Shown in pieces: positions 1 through 11,600 of a DNA stretch of 64,000 nt. A model generated the notes under the pieces. The model saw nothing but the letters and a program-made list of their open reading frames with translations, did not search any database and was not told the DNA's origin. This stretch comes from a virus. The stretch is taken from positions 20,459-84,458 of IMG/VR virus record IMGVR_UViG_3300006065_000007; one strand, given 5' to 3'. The translations under genes and the position numbers were made by a program. Numbering within the stretch: position 1 is the stretch's first letter; each line of letters opens with the position of its first letter.

Positions 1-420
1 AATTGAACGAGGTACATTACCTTTTTCTTGTTGATCTAAGACTTTATTCATAAAGTCAGTTGCTTGTTCTATATAATCGAATCTATCGTTAAAAATAAAA
101 TCACCTTTCCATTCACCATTTTCATTTTGACTTGCCGGTAAACCAAGTTCAACAGCATGTGACCATGACCATTTTTTTTCTGTAATAATAAAAACAGGTA
201 AATGTCCTTTTTTAATTGCGTCTACTGCAGCTAAAACTAAAGCATTTGTTTTACCTGTATTACTATGTCCCAAAAACATATTGATTGACCCCATTGCTGG
301 TCCAGGTAATCCACATGCATTATTAAATGCATCACCACAATAATAATATTCTAATTCTTTATATTTTGTTCTTGAAGAAAATTCTTCAATATAGTTAAAT
401 TCTTTTTTCTTTATAACCAT
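1..420 (-). CDS. uvsX: RecA/UvsX-like recombinase, N-terminal part (runs off the window start; absent from ORF track)
   Basis: Manual translation from ATG at 420: MVIKKKEFNYIEEF...PAMGSINMFLGHSNTGKTNALVLAAVDAIKKGHLPVFIITEKKWSWSHAVELG; Walker A GHSNTGKT; lies next to SSB. Confidence 0.85.
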   Translation of the reverse strand, partial: MVIKKKEFNYIEEFSSRTKYKELEYYYCGDAFNNACGLPGPAMGSINMFLGHSNTGKTNALVLAAVDAIKKGHLPVFIITEKKWSWSHAVELGLPASQNENGEWKGDFIFNDRFDYIEQATDFMNKVLDQQEKGNVPRSI

Positions 421-456
421 AATCTTTATTATGTTGTTTTATTATTATTAAAAAAA

Positions 457-493
457 AAGTATGAGTATGAATAGTTCATCCACACTCATACTT
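457..493 (-). terminator. Rho-independent terminator after SSB
   Basis: AAGTATGAGT...ACTCATACTT stem followed by a T run on the minus strand. Confidence 0.7.
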
Positions 494-499
494 TATAAT

Positions 500-1348
500 T
501 TAGAACGGTAAATCATCATCAGGTTCATCATCAACCTGTGGATCTTCTACTTCCGGAGTGTTTCTATTTGATGTCATTGTAGACTCTTCTTCTTCTTGTG
601 AAGAAGAAACCCATTTTTTATCGGTATCATTCCATTTTGGTTCTTCACCTCTGGCTACGATATCAAGGTAATCTTCACCTTTTCTAGAATAAACATCTGA
701 CCAAACTAAATCGTCATTCACCCATTCATCAACTACACTTTTATCTGTATGTAGTACGCCTGGATCTTCAGGTATAATAGAATTAATTGTAGTATATTCT
801 TTACCATTACCTGACTTAGTTAATGATAAAGTCAAAATTAGATCTCTACCTTTTTCAACATCAGTAATATCTCCTTTATTTCTAAAAATAGGAAATATTT
901 TATCTAAAACACCTTCACTTTTTGTGTTGTGTTTAAATCTCCAGAATTTCGGACCATCTTGTTCATTATCACGATCAATTAGTTTTACAATATAAAACTT
1001 ACGTGAACGATAAGTTTTTGATAATTCTTTATCTTCAGGTTTTCCGGTTAAAACTAATTCATCATAAATTTCGTTTAATGGTGATCTTTTACCATCTTGT
1101 GCCGGGTCATACAGTTTTAACCATTTACCTCCAACTTGGATTTCATGGAATTTAACTTCAACAAATGGTGATGAACCATCTTTAGTGGGAAGAATACGAA
1201 TTCTTCTTTCGCCTTCACGTGTACCTTTAGGTAATATGGTTGTAAAATATTTTTTCAACCTTTCTTCTTGTGAAACTTTGTTAGTGTTGCCGCTTGCGGC
1301 GTTTTTGTTTTTTTCGTACTGTGCAAGTACTGATTCAATTGTATTCAT
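500..1348 (-). CDS. gp32-like single-stranded DNA-binding protein
   Basis: RIRILP...PF.EV.FH...C/YDP-type motifs, KFWRF, GRDL, acidic tail ending DDDLPF. Confidence 0.85.
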   Translation of the reverse strand: MNTIESVLAQYEKNKNAASGNTNKVSQEERLKKYFTTILPKGTREGERRIRILPTKDGSSPFVEVKFHEIQVGGKWLKLYDPAQDGKRSPLNEIYDELVLTGKPEDKELSKTYRSRKFYIVKLIDRDNEQDGPKFWRFKHNTKSEGVLDKIFPIFRNKGDITDVEKGRDLILTLSLTKSGNGKEYTTINSIIPEDPGVLHTDKSVVDEWVNDDLVWSDVYSRKGEDYLDIVARGEEPKWNDTDKKWVSSSQEEEESTMTSNRNTPEVEDPQVDDEPDDDLPF

Positions 1349-1383
1349 ATATTAAAAAATTAATGTTTATAAACAAAATATAC

Positions 1384-1423
1384 AAAAAAAAAGTCAGATA
1401 ACAAAACCTGACTTGTTTTTTTT
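1384..1423. terminator. Bidirectional terminator
   Basis: A run-AAGTCAG...CTGACTT-T run. Confidence 0.6.
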
Positions 1424-1438
1424 ATGAAATAAATGGCA

Positions 1439-1825
1439 TTATTCTAGTGTTAATAAATAAGAAAGTTTATTTATTTCTATTAACATTTCGTCTCTAATAG
1501 CTAATAAATCAACATCTTCTTTTTCTAATTTATTTGATAAATCTATTAAAAAAGTTTGTGTTTCTTTTATAAAAGAACTTAAATTTAAATCAGATATATT
1601 TTTTATTTTTAAATTTTCATCATTTAAACTAAATCTACCATATTTACCCATAGATACTTCTATAAAGTTATCTATTAGGTCATCAAATTTTTCATATACA
1701 TTACCAAATGCTATATGTCTTGAATAACCTTTTGTTTGCCAATGTAAAACTTTTAATTGATTTTGTAATTCAAGAAAAAATTTAACATTAGAACTTAGTT
1801 GGGTTAAACTCTTGGTCATTTTCAT
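1439..1825 (-). CDS. Ferritin/Dps-like four-helix bundle protein (DUF5856-like)
   Basis: LHWQTKGYSRHIAFGNVYEKFDDLIDNFIE and RDEML..INKL.YLLTLE match the Dps-like HW..H..Y..D..D..E pattern. Confidence 0.75.
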   Translation of the reverse strand: MKMTKSLTQLSSNVKFFLELQNQLKVLHWQTKGYSRHIAFGNVYEKFDDLIDNFIEVSMGKYGRFSLNDENLKIKNISDLNLSSFIKETQTFLIDLSNKLEKEDVDLLAIRDEMLIEINKLSYLLTLE

Positions 1826-2444
1826 AAGGATTAAAAGATGTACTTATTTCTCTTTTGGAATAGTTTTCAACATCGTCTTTAGTTAAAACATATTCATTTT
1901 TTCCTGACATTCTCATTTCACCTTGTTTTTGATTAAAAAAATCAGATGGTTTTTGATTAAATGGATATGAATCTAATGATCTCATTTCTAATTTTTCAAC
2001 AGGTGTTTGAGGTTTTATTTGTTGAATTTGTGAACCTAATTGATCTATTTTTTGAATAACATTATCCATTTCACTTAATTTAGATTCTAAATCACCTAAT
2101 TTAGTAAAAATATCATTCATTTTATTAGTTACATCAGGATTTTCAGTTTTTGATGTTTCAAGCTGTTTTTTAATGTTTTTAGTCATGTTAACTAAATCAG
2201 TAATATCAATTTCTTCAGTTGTATCATCTGATGTAGGTTCAGCAATTTCTGGTTCAGCTTGTGGTTCTGTACCCTGTTGTACTGGAACAGGTTGAGCACC
2301 TGGTTCTAATGGTACTTCAGCATCAGGTACAGGTGGTAATGCATTAGGATCAGCAGGTTCCTCTTGTTCTATTATAAATTTATCTAAATAACGATTTATC
2401 GATTTATAACGATTTAATTCTTCTAACAAATTTTTCTTTTCCAT
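1788..2444 (-). CDS. Hypothetical acidic/coiled-coil protein, probable virion head protein
   Basis: 218 aa ORF, N-terminal NLLEELNRYK motif, Pro/Glu-rich linker, coiled coil. Confidence 0.55.
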   Translation of the reverse strand: MEKKNLLEELNRYKSINRYLDKFIIEQEEPADPNALPPVPDAEVPLEPGAQPVPVQQGTEPQAEPEIAEPTSDDTTEEIDITDLVNMTKNIKKQLETSKTENPDVTNKMNDIFTKLGDLESKLSEMDNVIQKIDQLGSQIQQIKPQTPVEKLEMRSLDSYPFNQKPSDFFNQKQGEMRMSGKNEYVLTKDDVENYSKREISTSFNPYENDQEFNPTKF

Positions 2445-2446
2445 TT

Positions 2447-2641
2447 TTATTCGGTTAATAATAATCTACCATCTTCGGTAATATATTTTTTATTTACTCT
2501 TTCAATAATACCATCCTTAGTTGTTATAGTATAACATTCTCCTGTTTTACTATCACAAACTTTTTTTTCGTTATTGTTTTCAGGTTTAACATCGACATCT
2601 TCCCCTAAAAATTGATTTAATTTTACATTTAATGTATACAT
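2447..2641 (-). CDS. Small hypothetical protein (likely start MYTLNVKL at 2641)
   Basis: ORF with CDSKTGECY; GATATTTATA motif 22 nt upstream of this start. Confidence 0.6.
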   Translation of the reverse strand: MYTLNVKLNQFLGEDVDVKPENNNEKKVCDSKTGECYTITTKDGIIERVNKKYITEDGRLLLTE

Positions 2642-2690
2642 AATTTTTTTTGTTTTTATTAATATAAATATCAAGAAATTTAGTAAATAC

Positions 2691-5600
2691 TTAAATACCT
2701 AATCTAAAATAGATAATATCACCATCTCTAATTTCTAATGTTTTCATTATAAACTTAGATAACGCAATACCATATCCTTTTAGATAAGGACCAACACCAA
2801 TTGGTCCACTATAATCTTCGTCTGGTTCAGTAGAATCAAATTCAGTTATAATACTAAATTTCTTTTCATTTAAAGGATTTATAAAATGGGTTGTACTATA
2901 TGTTTCAATTAATGTTTTTATATTATTATCGTTAATTTTAAACTTAGTTACGTAATAAGTGGAATTAATGGGAAAATCATTTTCTAAATTTAATTTTTCA
3001 ATTTCTTTTATTTTACCCCAACTGATTGATTTATTTAAATATTTTGATACTATTCTCATAATATAATCATCAGGTAATACATAAAGTCTACTATTAGTAC
3101 TCATTTCAACCACTTTAGTTTTTAACCATTTTTCACCTTTATAATTTATCATTTCAATATCTGATTCACCATCATAACCATTATATGGAATAAAATAATC
3201 CGTTATACCAATTTCATTAACAGGTCTTTCATCTTCATTTGCAGGTAAAGTTTTATTATATTCACCTGTAGTTCCATCCGGTAATTGTTTATTTCCTGTT
3301 GTATCTTCAATTTTTGAGTTTTCTTCGTGTACTTTTATTTCCGCTCTTTTTAATAATTTATCAAATAAAGAACGATAACTAGCCATGAATGAATCTTCAG
3401 GATTTGGTAAAGATATAACAGGTAATCTTGAACCTTTAAATCTTGTTTCAATTCCAGATGTACTAATATTATGGTCAACTTCAGTTATCCAATATGAACC
3501 TTTAAACATTGGTACATTTTTTAAATAAAAAAACATTGTTGGTTGTATCATTACATTACCCATTGCAGATACACTACATTCGTATGAAACTGAACGATAT
3601 ATATCAAATAACCCAATATCAATTTGTGATGTACTAAATCCTGATTGTTGATTACCTAACCTTTCTAATACATAAAATGATTCACTTGTATTTTTAACAC
3701 TATTTTGATCTAATTCGAACCCCTTAAATATATTTTGGTTTTGATCACCGAAACTAACTTCAAATGCAACTACTTTATTTGATTTTGAAAAATCAGTCTG
3801 TCTAAATACTTCTGGTGCTATAATAACAGGATTATTATTTTGATTACTAATATCATAACTATCATCCTTGAATTTATTATATTTTTTATTTACATCCGTT
3901 AAATCTAAATGTTTTGATGTATGACCGACATATTGTAATACTACTTTTGGTGATGATTCTTGATAATCAACTTCAAGAAAAGTTCCAAATATATTGCTAG
4001 CAACTGTTTTAGATGGTGTTATTTTACTTTTATTATTAAAATTAGTACCATAAAAATTAACATAAGCGGGTAATGTTCTTATATCGAAACCAGTATCTTT
4101 AATTAATAAATTCAATAAACTATATAAATTCATATTTTGTCTATTTTTATCATTACTGATTTCAATTAATTTTTCCATATCCAAATATACCATATCACCA
4201 ATATCTCTATTAGCTTTATCTAAAAATAAAAATTCTTCCATTAATGTTCTTTGTCCTATGGAATTACCAGCAATCCATTTATCGTTAAATGATTTAAATG
4301 TATTATAAATTTCTAACTTTAACGGATCATCATTATACCCATAATTTTTCGTATTAACAGGTATTACTTCATCTAATTTAAGTGTGTTGAACTTAGGTAT
4401 TAAAATATTTAAAAAGTGATTTAAACGTTGTGTTTGTCCTTGTGCTGAAGAAAATCTATCTGATGTTTTAGTAATAATATTATTTCTGAGATATATTATA
4501 AAATTTTCCCTGTTATTACTAAAACCCTCTTTAACATATCCAGCATAAATAAAAATCAATGGTCTAAACAATTTAATGTTTTCTTCTGACATCTGAATAT
4601 TATTTACAATGAAAAAATCTCGATAATATAAATCCAAATCTTCACCTAAATAAAGTTCAATTAGATCTTCGTTCATAATAATATCAAATGGGTTAACATT
4701 AAAATTTTCCACATCAGTATTCGTAAATCCACCTAGAACGTAGTTATCAATTTCCTTTGGATTAGATATGGTTAATTTCATTAAGTTATCATTACTAATA
4801 ATATCGTTTGTAATTTTTTTTAAATTAAATGTTTGGTCATTTTTTATATCTCTTATTACAAAATCTAAATCTGAACCATGTGTTTCTTTTTTATCTGTTG
4901 AAACAATGTCTTTTAATATTCCTTGAAATGTATGATACATTACATTATAAGGTTTATATTCACTTTCTTCTTTTATAACTTCGGTTGCAAAATCCAAAAA
5001 TATATTTTCAAACAAGTTTAATATGTCCGGTTTAAACGTACCTATTAAGTCGATAATTTTTTTATTATTATCATCGATAGAATAAAGATTACCTAAATCT
5101 TTAAAATATTGGTTATATAATGGAAATGTTTCACCACTATATGTTAGTGACTCATTAATATCTTCATCATCAACACCCCATAAAATTCTATAATTATCTT
5201 GTTCTGAATCTTCATAATTAGATAAGTTATTATATTGTACAAAACCGTTACTAGGTAATAATGTATATCTATTATCATCCGTATTAAACTTAGAATTATC
5301 TACATATGTTGTCCACGCAACACCATCTACCATTTCTTTATAAAAAACCTTAGTAACATCGTTAACTATTGAATTATCAAAACTATCTGGCATATTATTT
5401 ATATTAAAATAAGTATAATCGTTGACAATTTGGTGGAAAATAGCTTGATAAAATGGGTTAATACCTATATTTGTTTTATCTGTTCTTTTCGCTGTATATG
5501 AATTTATTAATGTAAATTCAGTATTTCCTAATGAGTTATCAAAAAATACATTACCATTTATTGGACTTGTAACATCTTCTATAATATCTACACCTTCTAA

Positions 5601-8348
5601 AATAAATTTTTTATATCTATGATAAATAGACCCCCACTTTAAAATTAAATGATAAGGTATAAAATGTGTTGCACCAATTTCTCTGAATAGTGATGACATT
5701 AATATCGATTTTCCTTCAAAGTTTAATTTATCGTCTAAATCTTTAAATGGTAAAGAATTTAAAAATAAGTAAGCAGAACCAACATATTTTCCTATTATTA
5801 TTTCTTTATTAAAATCTTTCAATAATTGATTGTGAAAATATGGTGTATTTAAAATGTGTCGTTTTAAACCATTAATATTTAATCTATTGTTAAATAAATT
5901 TTCGGAAAATTCTTCTTTAACCCACATTTTTCCATCTATTGGTGATGTTATAAAACCATCAATAGTATTAACTTTTAAAAAGTTTTGGGTGTTTAAATCG
6001 TTTTTAGTAAAGGTTGTTTGATTTAAATACGTTAAATATGTTGATGATGAAAATGGATAAATTCTACTTCTGTATTCTTCCGCAACATATGTTCTTAGGT
6101 TTTCACTCAATGATATATATGAATTATCATTATTAATAGTGTTATCTGAATTCTTATTATATTCAATAATTTTAAAATCAGTATTTAACGATTCCTCTAT
6201 ATATGGTACTGTAGGTAATTGATCTAAAAAATAGGGATATCTTTCGAATGGTGAAAAACCAGACATATTTTTTAATAATGATGATAAATCTTTAATAGAA
6301 TTTTTTAAAATAGATACTATTTCATAGTCATCCATTATTTGGTTTTTAATATTTTCAAACTCTACTAACGCTAATTCAGTTAATGTTTTAATATTAAATG
6401 AATCTACTGTTGTTATATACTTTGCTCGTTCATAAATTTCATATAAAATAGAAGAAATTGTTTTATTAAAATACGGAACAACATCATTTAAATATGTTAA
6501 AGTACTAATATGTTTTTTACTTGTAATATCACTATCAGATTCAAAAACAAAAGTTACTATATCATTTTCACCTTCTTTATCTGACAAGGGATCTACTCTA
6601 AAAGTACTAACATCTATGTATTCTTCAACAAAACCTACTTCAGGCCATAAAGAAATATTATCAGAATTTAATCTGTTAATCATTTTTAAACTACCTGGAT
6701 AAACCAAAACATTTTGTTTATCTCCAGATACAGGTAATTTTATTTCAGGCCAAGGATAAATCGGATAATCGGTACTTTCATCAGAAAACCCTATAATACG
6801 TTTTCTTCTTTTTTCACCGTTTTGAAATGCATTATAATGTACATCCTTTAATAGTCTAATATATGTGTCTGCATTTGCTAAAATAACACCAACAATGTTT
6901 CTAATTGTTGGTTCAAACCCTATACCAATATCATTGTTTTTAATGATATTATTCATTTCACGTTGAATTTCTTCAACTATTACTTTATTTTGTTCAACAA
7001 AATCTTTTCGAACATCACCTAAACGTTTAAATATCTCATCTATATTAACACCAATTCTACCACCAGGACCATTTACCGTGTAAAAATCTCTTATTTCCTT
7101 AAATTTGTTAAACGATATTGGTTTTGATTGAATTTTTTTATCTGTTTTTTTATCTTTAGACGTACCAAACGTTTGATTACCTTCAAGTTTATTGATATTT
7201 TCTTTAAACCAATATTCAAGTGTTCCATTATTGGTTGCGCCTGTAACTATATTCAAACTTGTTTTATCAGTAATCAATTCATAAAATAATGAAGGCGTAT
7301 TTGTAGGTGATAATGTAAATGTTTCGTTAGGACTTAAATTTCTTTTTCTCCATTCAAGAATTATATTTTCAAATTCACTTAATTGTTTTTCAAATTCCGT
7401 GATTCCAGCTAAAGTTTTATAATCTACAACTTCGTTAAAAATTTTATCTTGTAATATTTTATTTAATCTTTTTGCAATAACAAACAATTCCCTTAATGTT
7501 CTAACAGGGAAATCTTTTGGTAATAAACCTTTTTGTTTATATTCGTTATAAACCGATTTTAAAATAACATAACCTTTACTTGTTTTCTTTAATTTTTTTT
7601 CTCGTTGACCTGTTTTTTCATTTATTATTGAATCTTCGTTCTGTTCAATTTTATATAAATAAGGTGCATTTAAAATTCCATAAAATGGTATGTCAGCCAT
7701 ATAAGCATATGTTGACCCAACAAAAGTGGTATCTATTTCAAAATTACCATTACTTGAATTTAATTTACTTTTAAAACTTGTTAAATGTAGTCTATATTTA
7801 ATTGCTTTACCATAATAACCTTTTACTGTTAAATAAAATATTGGCCAAGGTAAATGAAAAAAAGCGGCGTATGGTGAATTTTCTGGTGATTCAAATAATG
7901 TTTTACCCCTTACATCAACAAATTTAATATTAACTCTAGGAATAAAATTAGTTCCCCTAATCATAATATCAATACTTTCTATACCAAAACTTTGACTTGA
8001 TAATTCTTCTTGTGAAAATATATTATTTTTAGGTTCGTTCTTATTTTTACTTTCTGGAAATGAATTAAAAGTATCAGTCCAAGTAGCATCAAAATCACCA
8101 CCATTATTGTTTCTCATCATGTTAAATACACCTTTAGCAATACTTGTCATTGATGTTTTATCACCATCTGAAATTAATGTAGTTCTAGGAATTAAATCAG
8201 CTTCCAAATTAACATACATAACTAATTCTTCTTGTGATACGTTTCTTTGTTCTACATAACCATCAGAAACAACACTATTTGGATCAATATAAATTAAATT
8301 ATTTTGATCTACTTTTACTAAAATATCATTTGTTTTATTTCTCGCCAT
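2691..8348 (-). CDS. Large baseplate/tail hub-associated structural protein
   Basis: 1885 aa, within the baseplate module; conserved-looking blocks FGIESIDI..VNIKFVDVRG and VAFEVSFGDQNQNIFK..GNVMIQPTMFFYL. Confidence 0.6.
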   Translation of the reverse strand: MARNKTNDILVKVDQNNLIYIDPNSVVSDGYVEQRNVSQEELVMYVNLEADLIPRTTLISDGDKTSMTSIAKGVFNMMRNNNGGDFDATWTDTFNSFPESKNKNEPKNNIFSQEELSSQSFGIESIDIMIRGTNFIPRVNIKFVDVRGKTLFESPENSPYAAFFHLPWPIFYLTVKGYYGKAIKYRLHLTSFKSKLNSSNGNFEIDTTFVGSTYAYMADIPFYGILNAPYLYKIEQNEDSIINEKTGQREKKLKKTSKGYVILKSVYNEYKQKGLLPKDFPVRTLRELFVIAKRLNKILQDKIFNEVVDYKTLAGITEFEKQLSEFENIILEWRKRNLSPNETFTLSPTNTPSLFYELITDKTSLNIVTGATNNGTLEYWFKENINKLEGNQTFGTSKDKKTDKKIQSKPISFNKFKEIRDFYTVNGPGGRIGVNIDEIFKRLGDVRKDFVEQNKVIVEEIQREMNNIIKNNDIGIGFEPTIRNIVGVILANADTYIRLLKDVHYNAFQNGEKRRKRIIGFSDESTDYPIYPWPEIKLPVSGDKQNVLVYPGSLKMINRLNSDNISLWPEVGFVEEYIDVSTFRVDPLSDKEGENDIVTFVFESDSDITSKKHISTLTYLNDVVPYFNKTISSILYEIYERAKYITTVDSFNIKTLTELALVEFENIKNQIMDDYEIVSILKNSIKDLSSLLKNMSGFSPFERYPYFLDQLPTVPYIEESLNTDFKIIEYNKNSDNTINNDNSYISLSENLRTYVAEEYRSRIYPFSSSTYLTYLNQTTFTKNDLNTQNFLKVNTIDGFITSPIDGKMWVKEEFSENLFNNRLNINGLKRHILNTPYFHNQLLKDFNKEIIIGKYVGSAYLFLNSLPFKDLDDKLNFEGKSILMSSLFREIGATHFIPYHLILKWGSIYHRYKKFILEGVDIIEDVTSPINGNVFFDNSLGNTEFTLINSYTAKRTDKTNIGINPFYQAIFHQIVNDYTYFNINNMPDSFDNSIVNDVTKVFYKEMVDGVAWTTYVDNSKFNTDDNRYTLLPSNGFVQYNNLSNYEDSEQDNYRILWGVDDEDINESLTYSGETFPLYNQYFKDLGNLYSIDDNNKKIIDLIGTFKPDILNLFENIFLDFATEVIKEESEYKPYNVMYHTFQGILKDIVSTDKKETHGSDLDFVIRDIKNDQTFNLKKITNDIISNDNLMKLTISNPKEIDNYVLGGFTNTDVENFNVNPFDIIMNEDLIELYLGEDLDLYYRDFFIVNNIQMSEENIKLFRPLIFIYAGYVKEGFSNNRENFIIYLRNNIITKTSDRFSSAQGQTQRLNHFLNILIPKFNTLKLDEVIPVNTKNYGYNDDPLKLEIYNTFKSFNDKWIAGNSIGQRTLMEEFLFLDKANRDIGDMVYLDMEKLIEISNDKNRQNMNLYSLLNLLIKDTGFDIRTLPAYVNFYGTNFNNKSKITPSKTVASNIFGTFLEVDYQESSPKVVLQYVGHTSKHLDLTDVNKKYNKFKDDSYDISNQNNNPVIIAPEVFRQTDFSKSNKVVAFEVSFGDQNQNIFKGFELDQNSVKNTSESFYVLERLGNQQSGFSTSQIDIGLFDIYRSVSYECSVSAMGNVMIQPTMFFYLKNVPMFKGSYWITEVDHNISTSGIETRFKGSRLPVISLPNPEDSFMASYRSLFDKLLKRAEIKVHEENSKIEDTTGNKQLPDGTTGEYNKTLPANEDERPVNEIGITDYFIPYNGYDGESDIEMINYKGEKWLKTKVVEMSTNSRLYVLPDDYIMRIVSKYLNKSISWGKIKEIEKLNLENDFPINSTYYVTKFKINDNNIKTLIETYSTTHFINPLNEKKFSIITEFDSTEPDEDYSGPIGVGPYLKGYGIALSKFIMKTLEIRDGDIIYFRLGI

Positions 8349-8661
8349 AATATAAACTATATAGTTCTACATTTCTTCTATAATCTTGTAATGTAGATAT
8401 TAACGGAATAGGTACTCTTATTAAAAAATTATCGGGTATTTCGAATTCAATACTACCACATAGAGGATTAGCCAATAAAATTAACCACCCAAAAAATGGT
8501 GTATTATAATATTCTTGAGATATTTTATCCAATCTATCTTTCCCTTTTTTATATTGAAAATACTTGTCCGTTGATTTTATTGGAATTTGAATACCCGGAA
8601 CTATTCTAAAATCTCCGTCTTCCTCAAAAAACTGATATCTATTAAAATATTGATTGTTCAT
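8335..8661 (-). CDS. LysM-like baseplate wedge/tail X protein
   Basis: KGKDRLDKISQEYYNTPFFGWLILLANP is the typical LysM-like tail X/gp53-type pattern. Confidence 0.75.
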   Translation of the reverse strand: MNNQYFNRYQFFEEDGDFRIVPGIQIPIKSTDKYFQYKKGKDRLDKISQEYYNTPFFGWLILLANPLCGSIEFEIPDNFLIRVPIPLISTLQDYRRNVELYSLYYGEK

Positions 8662-11600
8662 GGTTTATAATAATTTAATTTAGTTCCAACATTAACTTTT
8701 GTTGAATTTATTAATTTTAATTTTTCAATCTGATCTGGTGTAAGTATATTACTATTTTCTACAAAAACATATGATAAATCACTATAATTTATTCTATTTG
8801 GAAATTTACTTAGTTTTGGTGATATAATAACACCCGGTTTAAGATACTTATCTAATCGTCTACTTATTTTATTTATTGTTTTATCATCGAAAATAATTGG
8901 ATCAGTTTCTCTATATAATTTTAAAATATCTTGTTTTTTATCTTTTAATAAAATAGATAAAAATTCCAATAACTGTTCATCTGTAATTGTTGATGTGGGA
9001 CTACCAAATATAAAACTTTCATCATCTATAAAATCTGTTAATTTAGAATGATTATTTTCTATATAACTAATACAATCTTTATAATTAGAATAAAAATTAA
9101 TATTATTAAAACCCATTAAAAAACCACTAATAGCATTTTCGTTTTCATCCAATTTTGCGTCCTGATTTGTTTCCACTATAAAATTGATTCTATCTAAATT
9201 ATTTATCAATTGATTTCTTGTTGATTCTAACGATTTTAAATTTGGTAGATTACTCATATTATCTATTATAGTAGAAATTGTTTCTCTAACATATTTTTTA
9301 AGAATAATTTCAGATTTAGTTAATTTTGTTGTATTTAAATCTTTATCTAAACCAAATAAATTAGTTATATTTGTGTTATCTATTTTTTCAATCATTAATC
9401 TTTTGAAATAATCTACTATTGTTGGTAAATGATTAAATTTATTATATACACCTATTAATTCTAATGAATTTACGTTATTTATAACATCATATTGATAAAC
9501 CGTTCTATATTTTGGTGAAAAGAAAATAGATGAAATTTTAGGACCATAAGTTTCATAACTATATTTTAAAACATCAACATAGGTATTAAAATATTGTTTT
9601 GTTGTTGAAAATATTTCACCAACCAGTGAACCATATGATAATATAATATCATTTGGTTCTGCTTCTGGTAATGTTTTATTATTAATTTCACCAATAAAAA
9701 TACCGGTAAATAATATATTTGATTCTTCAGCTCTTGGTATTGTTGGTGGATTAACATTTCTACCAAGTTCTTCTAAAAATTCTTTACTAAACACACGTTT
9801 ATTAAAATCTGTTCTATCTTCCGTTGCTATAGAACGATAATCGTACATTTCCGTATTAGCATAAAAATTAGAAGATAACGCGTTTTGTAATCTTTCTACT
9901 GGTTTTTCTAAACCATGACCACCAATGAAACTAACTTGTATTTGTACATTTGCTATCATTGGTTGAATACCAATACCTTCTGGATTTAAATCCCAAGGTG
10001 AATCATCATATGATATATCTACGTTTTTAACTACTATTTTTGAATGGAAAAAATCACCTATTCTTAATACACAAATAGGCGGCGGACCAAACGTAGTATT
10101 TCTACTATCTAAATCACTAACATCACTAATACCTTTTATTGGGATAGTATCTCCAGGTCTTAAACATTGTAATAAAAATGTTAATCTACTATTTAAACCT
10201 TCAGGTGTCATTGAGTGAAATGCAGGATGAAAATATCTAAATTTTTCTTTCAAAGAATTAAATACAATTGGTGAATCTTCTTCTAATTTTTTAAAATAAT
10301 AACATTCAGATAATGTCTTCATTATTATTTTTTTAATTTCATCTTGTGGTGGTTTACGTTTTATTTGATCCTTTTCAACTATAATATTAACTTTAGGGTA
10401 TAGTGGATTTAATACTGTATTTTCTGCTGATGTACCTGAAGCATTTACGGTTTGTTCATGTGTTCTAAATTCATCTGTAATATCTTTAAGAGTATATCCT
10501 ATAGCAAATTCAGTTGATCTACAATAAAACATATCAGGTGCGGTAACTCTTAATTCAGGTGTAAAATAATTACTATTTGAACAATCTAAATTTGCTTTTT
10601 CACTTTTTCTAAATTCACCTGAATTTTTTACCACATCAAATATCACTTCACCATCCGAATCGTAACCCAATTCTTTAAAAGATATTGGCGGTAAATCTTC
10701 AAAATTAACATTACTGTTGTCTGTTATAGTACTCGGCCATCTAAAACTAGCACCATTTCCACCTAAACTAAGTTTATTTAAAACATATTTTAAAACACTA
10801 TCAGTTCTTCTATATGATAATCTCAAATTATATTCACCTGTATTTGGTGACGATGCACTAGATGAAACAATAATTCTAATTGTTTTAATTTTTTTATTTT
10901 CTAATAATGTTTTTATTTCTGTTAATTCATTTTCTAAAATAGTAAAAGATGATTGTAATTCACTAAACCCTGATTCTATTTGATTTACTATACGTGTTTT
11001 TGTTGAACCACTATTTATTTCATCAAATACTTCACTTCCAGTTAATAATAATAAATCTTTTCTTTTATTTTCAGTATTTGGCATATTAAACAAATCGTCT
11101 ATACCCTTTTCTAGTTTTTCTATAAAGGTTGGTTTAAATGTCATATAATCTGAATATAATATATCATATGGTTCGTTACTATAATATGGATTTGTGCTTT
11201 TTGGTACATCATTATTAAAATAAAGTACTAAATTTGCTCCCATCTTAAATGATGAACTTTCTGATTTAGAATTTGTTGTTGTTTCTTCGGGTAAAAAACT
11301 ATCTTTAACAGGTAAAAATTCTGTTTTATATCTTTCAACAGTTATTGGGTCAGTACCACCTTCTAAATAAGATATAATAGCTTCCAAATCAGTTTGTGTC
11401 AATGTCGGATATTTTCGTATCAAATCGTATAAATTAACATTTTCACAACCAGCAAAAAATGCGTTAATATAATTATTTGATTCTTCATCAGACATTTTTT
11501 CAAAATGTTTTCGAACTAATAAATTTAATACACTCGGATGGTCAACAATTACTTTAAATGAAATAGTACCATTTCTAGCAGAATTTTTATAAGTATAAAT

